DNA of 64,000 nt. It comes from Eledone cirrhosa (Eukaryota). How positions within the stretch are numbered: position 1 is the first letter of the stretch; every line of letters starts with the position of its first letter. The translations under genes and the position numbers were made by a program. The stretch is taken from contig OZ024740.1 of assembly GCA_964016885.1 (NCBI GenBank), forward strand, positions 355,198,001 to 355,262,000. Reading direction: 5' to 3'. Positions 54,341 through 64,000 of this stretch are shown here, piece by piece. The notes under the pieces are model-generated. The model saw only the letters and a program-made list of their open reading frames with translations. It searched no databases and had not been told where the DNA came from.

Positions 54341-56612
54341 CTGCAAAAGAAAAAAAAAAGTTATTATAACTTAAGTATACACACGCGCATATATAGATGT
54401 ATATAACCCACTTTGACCACAACGAAGAGAAACATATTCAACAAGTAAGTGTCTTTAACCCATTGATATCAAAAATTATTTTGTTATTCTTGAATCACTA
54501 TATCCTTACGGACACCAGGTCCGAATTCCCACTCTCTCCCCATCTCTCTCTATTATGAGCAAATGGGGTCTCACGTGCTGGAGAGCGACCGATACTTGGA
54601 GAATATTATACAGAGAGAGAGATTCCATTTAGTTGATCAAATGGATAAATTGCCTGACTTCTTATGATCAGAGGTATGTATTAATGTTTGATTAAATCAG
54701 GTAGTCAGGTGACACCAGAAAATGTTGAATAACGCTTTTTGCTAAGAAATGTAGCAGAGGACCTAATGGGAATTTGAACTAGCCATGAGAGTTTAAAATT
54801 TTAAAATTGATTGTCTAAAATCCCATTCCTTCTGCGATTTCGTTTTCGTTTTCTAGATGTGACAGATACATTCAATGTACACGGCTGATAAGTGCAGTTT
54901 GTTCGCTGTGCAAAAATGCAGAACACAACAATGTACAAAACAACATATACCATAAACATCGTGTAAAATTTATGTTTCCGATACTAACGTTGATTAAATT
55001 ACTCATACATATAAACCTCTGTGCTAAACAAAAAAAAAAAAAAAAAAACACTGTCAAATTTTCCAAGTGTTTCTTAAATTAACTACAGACGTCTATGAGC
55101 AGGTTTATATGCTAAAAGGACGGAATCAGTCCTCACCTGCGCTTTAGCGTGATGGTAAACGTACTTGCCCGGCATCTAAAGAAAGCGGTGTTCGATTCTT
55201 TGCAGACACCCCCGTCAATTTTTTTTACCGTTGCTAGGAATACTTTACCCAATTTTCTCAACTATTATTTGTAGTAATTATTGACAGTATCGGTAGAGAG
55301 TGGGACACCATGTTTTGCAACATTGAGTTACAACCCTTTATGATCTGAGTTCAAATCCCGCCGAGGTTAACTTTGCCTTTCATCCTTACAAAGGTCGATA
55401 AAATAAAGTACCAGTCACACACTGGGCTCGATTTAATCGACTTTCCCCTCCCCCAAAATTGTGGCCTTGTGCCTATATAAGAAACCATTACTTGTACTGA
55501 TCGAATACGATCATGGTCCTTTGAATTTGGACGCGTGAATTTCATATATATATATACACAGACAGCAAAAAATGCATTAAAATAAATTCTGTTTTATATG
55601 CATTATTCAGACATTATGTAAACATTTTTGGGTGTTTAGGTTCAATTGAATTATGTCTGTAGATCATTTTATTTTTGGGGAAGGCTGTGCATTCTAATAA
55701 ATATTGCCTGTACGCGTAATCAAAGTCCGTATACATTTTTAGGGGGATACTCTGTATATACATATATATAAAGCTGTTGACAAACTCGTATAGTTGTTTT
55801 CCTAATTTGATTGATTTTGTATATATATATATACTCGAGAGAAGGGCGTTTTAATATGTCCCACGCGAGTAGAATTACAGAAGAAAGAAGTTGAAAATGC
55901 AATTGGAATCATTCAGAAGCTTTATTTACAATAAAGTTTTGTGATTTTCAAGTCAACAGAGATGCAGAAATGTGTCGCTCTGCCGACTTGTATCTCGCAT
56001 TTAATTGATGTTGAGAATTTCTTTCAGTTTTAGGCAAAAAGATGGCTTAGATTGACGTACACTTGATAAGTTGAGGAATATCACGTGATTAGGCATCGAA
56101 TATTTTTGGTAATTACCCGCCAAAAATCACACTTTCAGAGTGTCCGAAATCACCAACCAGTCTAGTCACCGACAATCCGACCATACACAAGTTGTACTGG
56201 ATTACATGTTACCAGCAGCGCTGAAAAGCAACATGACACACACACATATATATAAATAAAATAAAGTACCACTCTTCCCCGCCACCCCTAAATTACAGGG
56301 CTCCTGACTGCTAGAAACTATTAATCCATACACTGTCATTTATATATATTAAGACGTTAGAGTAATTTCCCTTTGTCTTTCAAATTCTCATATTTCTATA
56401 ACAAGGTTGTTTATTCACTTCTATCATACATAACACATTGTTTTCAAAATTACCTGAACACGCACAAACACAAATACATACACATACACACATACACGCG
56501 CACACACACACATATATATATACACCCACCCACCCACCCACACACTGAGAAAGTTCTGAGTTGTAGTGTGATCTTATGTTCAACTTCAAAAAGATATATT
56601 ATACTTCATTGG

Positions 56613-56795
56613 ATTGGCAGTATCGGTAGAGGGTCGGGCGCCATGCTTTGACGCAAAGAGTTACGGCCCTTTCCATTCTGAGTTCAAATCCCGCCGAGGT
56701 TAACTTTGCCTTTCATCATTACGGGGTCGATAAAATAAAGTACCAGTAATACACTGGGTGATTGTTGGCCTTGTACCAAAAGTAGAAACAATTAT
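56613..56795 (+). mobile_element. tRNA-SINE, well preserved copy
   Basis: A-box-like tggcagtatcgg, B-box-like gagttcaaatccc, central domain, (ATT) tail; others at about 9775, 27775, 31988, 50705, 55282. Confidence 0.85.
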
Positions 56796-56967
56796 TAAAC
56801 ATTAGGTCCTTGTATGATTTCATCATATTCATTATAAACCGGTATTTACTCAAGATCTCTTGTTACGTGTAAATACATACCTGTATGTACAACATGCATA
56901 CAAAATTTACTTATATGTATATAGAACCACAAATATGAAAGGAAAATATAGTCTCATAAAGGCAGAC

Positions 56968-57083
56968 CTGTAAACTCCCCCACCCCCGTCCGACGGGAAG
57001 ATCTCCCACCAGCTTTGAGGTGGATGAGAGATGCCTTCTCTTGTGAAAATGGGTATAGCTTTCATTATGCCAAATCTCCTCAT
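56968..57083 (-). CDS. Possible upstream or first coding exon of the SAM-like gene
   Basis: ATG-initiated MRRFGIMKAIPIFTREGISHPPQSWWEIFPSDGGGGVY ends in phase 2, which fits the next exon, but the donor CAG|GTCTGC is weak. An acceptor lies upstream at about 57177. Confidence 0.3.
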
Positions 57084-57999
57084 TTTGCCTCATTTCTCTC
57101 CGTTTTGAATCCAGCACTGGTCATGGGCAGATGTGCAATTCCGGGTAGGGTAAACACATTTTCACAATTAACTAGGCTGAAAGAAAATTGTGACGAAGGG
57201 GAGAGGTTGAAGGATAGCTTCGTAAGCGAGGTGTGTGTGTGAATTATGTATAAAGTAAAAAGAAAAGCCAAAGAATATAGGAAAAGTTTGAGCAGGAAAT
57301 GAAATTATAGTCCAGTGTCGATAGGGAGGTCGTTAGTGAGGTGTCATTGTAGGTCAATGTGTTCTTAGTGCTGTATGCTGTTTTATGTATATGTATACAC
57401 CCATATATAACTATAGCATTTATTCATTTTCGCCACATAATTTTTTTGTGAATGTTCAATTCACATTTCTTTATTCTTTTTCAATCTACTTGCAAAACTG
57501 ATACCACACACAACACACACACACACACACATACAAACACACACACATGCACACACGCACACAGCACACACACACAACACAACACACAACTCAACGCACA
57601 CACACAACACACAACGGAACACACAACACAACACACACACACACGCAACGCAACACACAACACACAACAACACACAATACACACGCACACACACAATGCG
57701 AACACACACAATACACAACACAATACACACACATTTGATCGTTTTTATAAAAGACATTTCATATACTCTTATCAGCTTTTTATATTTGGTTTGGAATAAT
57801 ACCATCCTTAAACCATAGGTCTATTGACGTTTCGACACCTTCACAACTTAATCTTTAGAATATCTTTAAACATTCTTAATAAAAGAAAGCTTTAACTTTA
57901 ACAAAGTTTACACACACACGCCCACACACGCACACACACACACTCACACACACACACACACGCTCACACATACACTCACCTATCTATCTATATCTATGT

Positions 58000-58048
<49 letters not shown>

Positions 58049-58144
58049 TCTCTATGTCTATCTATCTATATATATATATAGAATGTGCATGTCTAAATGT
58101 ACTACAACTAACTACTAAATTCATTCGCTTCTTTGTAGTGATAT

Positions 58145-58395
58145 GATAAAACCATTCCATCTCACACGATCAAGAATTAACTGCCCCAGTTCTTCCCCGG
58201 ATAGTTCTGTATTTTCAATTACTCTTTTTAATGTCTTGAGGAAGTCTTCCGCGTCTACGTTTCACAATAGTGGGCTCCCATAGAAAAAGCTTTGTAGCAG
58301 ATTCATTGCCTCTCATATCATGGCCTGCAAGTTGAATGGATGGGATGTCAATGGGCGGAAGGTTGCTGCAGAGAATTTTGTTTGTAACACGGTCA
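58145..58395 (-). mobile_element. RTE-like LINE 3-prime end relic
   Basis: QLAGH.MR...LFLWEP...RRGR...DR.RW, similar to 34900-35110. Confidence 0.65.
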
Positions 58396-58425
58396 AAAAG
58401 ATTGATATGTATATGTATATATATG

Positions 58426-58494
<69 letters not shown>

Positions 58495-58633
58495 GTATAT
58501 ATATATGTATATATGTATATATATATGTATATGTATATATATATATGTATATATATATGTATATATATATATGTATATATATATATATGTGTATATATAT
58601 ATATGTGTGTGTATATATATATATATATATGCG

Positions 58634-58670
<37 letters not shown>

Positions 58671-58673
58671 TTG

Positions 58674-58708
<35 letters not shown>

Positions 58709-58717
58709 ATATATATA

Positions 58718-58865
58718 TAGTAATAATAATAAATTTGAAGACTAAAATCCAAAGAAGATCCCGTTAAGGGTGAAAGCAGCGATTCTTTGCTTAAACTTTA
58801 ATCGTTATTTTAATAAATATATATATATATGTGTATACATATATATATGTGTATATATATATATA

Positions 58866-58904
<39 letters not shown>

Positions 58905-59181
58905 ATACATATATATATGTGTGTATATATATATATGTGTATATATATGTATATATATATGTGTATATATATAGAGATATATATATATATATGTATATAT
59001 ATATGTGTATATATATATATATATGTATATATATGTATATGTGTATATATATGTGTGTATATATATATGTGTGTATATATATATATATGTGTATATATAT
59101 ATGTGTATATATATATGTATATATATAGGGAAAACATGAAACGAAGTTTCATTTCTCACTCTTAGTACGGCTTAGTACATA

Positions 59182-59250
<69 letters not shown>

Positions 59251-59611
59251 ATATTTATATGTATATATGCATATATATATATATATGTATATATATTCAG
59301 TAGTTAAGCAAATCAAGACCACAAACTCACATAGAAGACATTAGTCAAAGAGTATCAACATTAAGTGCAGTTTAATATAAAAAAGAGAGAATAATAACGT
59401 CAGTTTAGAATTGTTTCAATACTCCATATAATATTATAGAGCAGATCCTCGGAACTTGAGATGAGATAATGAAATTATTAATATATATAAAGTAGAAATA
59501 AAAATAAAATAAGAGGGTTACGTGTCCGTAAAGAATCCTCACATTAGCAGCTCCCTAGATGGGGTCCCTTGGCACTGGAGAACTGAAGTGTATGGTATAA
59601 ACAAACATATA

Positions 59612-59687
<76 letters not shown>

Positions 59688-60031
59688 GTAATAATAATAA
59701 ATTTGAAGACTAAAATCCAAAGAGGGCTCGATAAGGATAAATATAAGAAGATCCTGTTAAGGGTGAAAGCAGCGATTCTTTGCTTAAACTTTAATCTGTT
59801 ATTTTAATAAATATATATATATGTGTATACATATATATATGTGTATATATATATATATATATGTGTGTGTATATATATATATGTGTGTGTATACATATAT
59901 ATATGTGTGTATATTTATATATATATATATATGCGTATATATATATATATATATAGATATATATGTGTATATATATGTGTATATGTATATATATGTATAT
60001 ATATATATATATATGTGTATATATATATATA

Positions 60032-60102
<71 letters not shown>

Positions 60103-60155
60103 GTGTGTGTGTGTATATATATATATGTGTGTATATATATGTATATATATATATG

Positions 60156-60187
<32 letters not shown>

Positions 60188-60191
60188 TATA

Positions 60192-60254
<63 letters not shown>

Positions 60255-60568
60255 TCAGTAGTTAAGCAAATCAAGACCACAAACTCACATAGAAGACATT
60301 AGTCAAAGAGTATCAACATTAAATGCTGTTTAATATAAAAAAGAGAGGAGGATAATAACGTCAGTTTAGAATTGTTTCACTACTCCATATAATATTATAG
60401 AGCAGATCCTCGGAACTTGAGATGAGATAATGAAATTATTAATATATATAAAGTAGAAATAAAAATAAAATAAGAGGGTTACGTGTCCGTAAAGAATCCT
60501 CACATTAGCAGCTCCCTAGATGGGGTCCCTTGGCACTGGTGAACTCAAGTGTATGGTATAAACAAACA
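58718..60568. repeat. Tandem duplication of a composite unit of about 0.9-1 kb (family B module, TA array, PLE pseudo-LTR)
   Basis: 58718-59608 and 59686-60568 share the unique blocks almost exactly (59296-59608 vs 60255-60568). Confidence 0.85.
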
Positions 60569-61457
60569 TTACATATCTGTCGAGGCTGAAATTAAACAAT
60601 GCCGCCTATCGCATAACAAGATGGCTTTTTGTAGGAAAACTACCCTATTATATAGAGATGGGTTTCAAGGGAGGCAACTCCTTGAAAAGCCAAAGGCCCC
60701 GAATGAGAGTTGTAACCAAGATAATACTAGGGAGGTAGCTTATAGGTATATTCACAATGAGATTTGTAACTAAGATAATGCAGGGGAGGTAACTTATAGG
60801 TGTTTATGTGGTGGACTAGCGATGTCTTAAGTTTGTTAGTTATAGGGAGGGGCATGACTAAAGGATAGGCTAAGTTGGGTCGAATATTCTGTTAGCGAAG
60901 GAGCTCGCTCTGCGGTGGTGGCAGTTGATGACCAACTTATTCCTGTCATTAATGGGGGTGGCCTTGACAAAGTTATGTGATAGGCCTCGGTAAGACATAG
61001 ATCGTAAAAATTTCTTCTCTCATTAAACGCTGGAGATAGGGCTAAGATATCCCAAGTTAATGAATGTTCAATGTTGGCTAGTTTAAGGTTTTTAATGAGC
61101 CTGGCTAGAGAAGTTGAGCATCTATGGCTAGGGTCGCAGAAGGAAAATGAGTGCGCATTATAGCGGACTTTAAAGAGGTTAGATGTAGAGCCAATATAAG
61201 AGCTAGTAGATGAGGCCGTTCTAACCATGCACCTATATACGATATTGGGAGTAAGGCACTGCCCGTTAAGTGGGCACGCAGTGGGGTTACGGCAGTTGCA
61301 ATTACGATTGCGATTAGTAGGAGTAGGCTTGTTTAAACTATGCGGCTGGTGTGTACTAATGGGATTGGAGGGGGAGTTCTGCTACTAGGATGAGTATTGG
61401 TACGGTTGCATGGGTGTACTTATGGGGGGTGGTAGTGCCACAGGGGGGAGTTATATT
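60255..61457 (-). mobile_element. Penelope-like element 3-prime fragment (GIY-YIG) with pseudo-LTR
   Basis: CNCRNPTACPLNGQC...IVY...SYIGST...FKVRYNAH...DLCLTE...CHH; degenerate hammerhead agtt-CCGAGGA-stem-GAAA-caattc-UA-aact at 60363-60417 (also 59402-59456). Confidence 0.85.
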
Positions 61458-61477
61458 TTGTTAGTTATGATGGTTGC

Positions 61478-61508
<31 letters not shown>

Positions 61509-61546
61509 ATATATATGTATATATGTATATATATATATATGTATAT

Positions 61547-61622
<76 letters not shown>

Positions 61623-61690
61623 GTATATATATATGTATATATATGCGTATATATATATATGTATATATATACATATGTATATATATATAT

Positions 61691-61990
61691 GTATAAAGAA
61701 AAAATGATGAAATCGAAAATGCAACTGGAGTCTTATTTAAAAATATATATATATATTTATTTGGTTCCTTTACCGGTTTCGCAGTTCTTCTGCTTTTCAA
61801 AAGTAGAGTTGAGATGGAGGGTCTGTGGTTTTTCTCAGAGATGTGAGAAAAACCACAGACCCTCCATCTCAACTCTACTTTTGAAAAGCAGAAGAACTGC
61901 GAAACCGGTAAAGGAACCAAATAAATATATATATATATTTTTAAATAAGACTCCAGTTGCATTTTCGATTTCATTTTTTTTTCTTTATAC
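61691..61990. repeat. Near-perfect 300-bp palindrome (family D) with a decayed hammerhead in each arm
   Basis: Arms of about 147 bp around gagatg (61838-61843); ctt-UUGAAAA-gcag-aagaa-ctgc-GAAA-ccgg-UA-aag at 61878-61913. Confidence 0.9.
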
Positions 61991-62111
61991 TTTCATTCGT
62001 GTAGGACACCTCGGTTATTTTACATTTTGTAAAAAAAACCCTCACTTTCTAATATATATATAAACTTGTTATAATGTCATAATTGTTCCTTTGTTCTTTT
62101 TCACAAATATA

Positions 62112-62206
<95 letters not shown>

Positions 62207-62220
62207 GTATGTATATATGT

Positions 62221-62251
<31 letters not shown>

Positions 62252-62271
62252 TATATGTATATGTATATATG

Positions 62272-62304
<33 letters not shown>

Positions 62305-62349
62305 GTATATGTATATATGTATGTATATATATATGTATATATATATATG

Positions 62350-62391
<42 letters not shown>

Positions 62392-62536
62392 GTATATATA
62401 TATATATGTATATATATATATGCATATATATGTATATATATAAATATGTATATATATATGTATATATATATGTATATATATATATGTATATATATATGTA
62501 TATATATATGTATATATATATATGTATATATATATG

Positions 62537-62567
<31 letters not shown>

Positions 62568-62580
62568 GTATATATATATG

Positions 62581-62637
<57 letters not shown>

Positions 62638-62728
62638 GTATATATATATGTATATATATATGTATATATATATATGTATGTATATATATATGTATATGTA
62701 TATATATATATGTATATATATATGTATA

Positions 62729-62760
<32 letters not shown>

Positions 62761-62766
<6 letters not shown>

Positions 62767-62934
62767 TGAGATTCTACAGGACTAGAACTGTTTCATTCTT
62801 TAGAAATCATCTGATTTCTAAAGAATGAAACAGTTCTAGTCCTGTAGAATCTCATCTATATTAAAACTTTTATACTCTGCTATGTATTGAGTACCTTACT
62901 TACTGTGGTTACCTCCGATTCAACCCGGAATAAC

Positions 62935-62935
<1 letters not shown>
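62761..62935 (+). mobile_element. Fold-back pseudo-LTR family A
   Basis: Perfect 49-bp arms 62761-62809 / 62812-62860, then the family A tail; embedded in (TA)n. Confidence 0.88.
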
Positions 62936-62995
<60 letters not shown>

Positions 62996-63046
62996 TGTAT
63001 ATGTATAAACATATATATATATATATGTATATGTATGTATATATAA

Positions 63047-63146
<100 letters not shown>

Positions 63147-63197
63147 GTATATGTATATATGTATATATATATATATATATATGTATATGTATATATG

Positions 63198-63228
<31 letters not shown>

Positions 63229-63414
63229 GTATATGTATACATGTATGTATATATATATGTATATATATATATGTATGTATATATATATATATATATATAT
63301 ATAATGTATATATATATATATGTATATATATATATGCATATATATGTATATATATATATGTATATATATAAATATGTATATATATATGTATATATATATG
63401 TATATATACATATG

Positions 63415-64000
63415 TGCTAAACACACCCCATTAAGAACTATAAACAAATCTAAGAGCAGAATCCCTAGAAATAGAAAAACGCTCATCAGAAAAATTAAGA
63501 GAACGAACAAAAAAATCAACAAGCTGAAATACTGTCAGCAGCAACACATCAACTTGACTGCCATTTCATCACTAGAGATTAAAAAACATAACCTCCAAAA
63601 CAACATAATGTCCCTCATCAACAATCAGAGAAGAGCTGAAGAGGCCTGGGCCATTGAGAAGATCAAACTCAATCCCAAAGTGTTCTTTTCATTTGCAAAA
63701 AAACACAAAATCACTGGCTCTACTGTTGGCCCTCTAATTGATGAAAATGGCACTCTTCAAGACAATGCTAAAACCATGGGTGAGATACTGCAGAAACAAT
63801 ACTGCTCTGTTTTCAGCAATCCTGATATGGCCGATCTGGGCTGTATCGGCGATGTTACTCCCCATTACACCTTATCGGACATAACGTTTGGCGCCCCTGA
63901 TGTCTTGGCGGCAATAAAGGAAATCAAGCATAATTCAGCAGTAGGTCCCGATAGGTTCCCTGCTTGTGTCTTGAAGGCGTGTCAACACCAACTTGCATCT
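63415..64000 (+). mobile_element. CR1/Jockey-group LINE ORF2 fragment (linker to RT start), continues out of window
   Basis: IKLNPKVFFSFAK...VGPL...ILQKQYCSVFS...SAVGPDRFPACVLKAC..LA. Confidence 0.8.

Noticed and set aside
55140-55215. tRNA gene (also tRNA-like at 570-640 and 39445-39500)
   Set aside because: A/B-box-like motifs are present but the stems do not pair; these are decayed SINE heads.

Overview
Eukaryotic, AT-rich, microsatellite-saturated DNA. The SINE/LINE families and (TA)n/(TATG)n density suggest an octopus (coleoid cephalopod) genome; this is inference. I reconstruct two minus-strand host genes that the ORF track does not show as such. (1) A class A (rhodopsin-like) peptide-type GPCR: five phase-consistent exons (31026 down to 1, continuing out of the window) encode a signal peptide, a long glycosylated Cys-containing ectodomain, TM1 (GN) and TM2 (LxxxD...CIP). 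One intron is 26 kb. (2) The last exons of a gene ending in a SAM-like domain and a polybasic tail (52658-54340). Most of the rest is mobile DNA. It includes two near-full-length, head-to-tail L1/Tx1-clade LINEs in a (TATC)n tract (copy 1 has an uninterrupted ORF2), three Penelope-like elements with C-terminal GIY-YIG, and RTE, R4/Dong, CRE and CR1-like fragments. There are also nested hAT elements, a Helitron, a mariner relic and many tRNA-SINEs. The most striking unexplained layer is RNA structure. About ten type I hammerhead ribozyme motifs or relics from several distinct families occur, many inside DNA fold-back palindromes. Their junctions repeatedly fall inside the CUGAnGA catalytic box, and one family shows a TATA-start site-hammerhead arrangement. 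There are also candidate HDV-like ribozyme-headed short elements in (TATG)n. All folding and alignment was done by eye; coordinates of decayed repeats are approximate.
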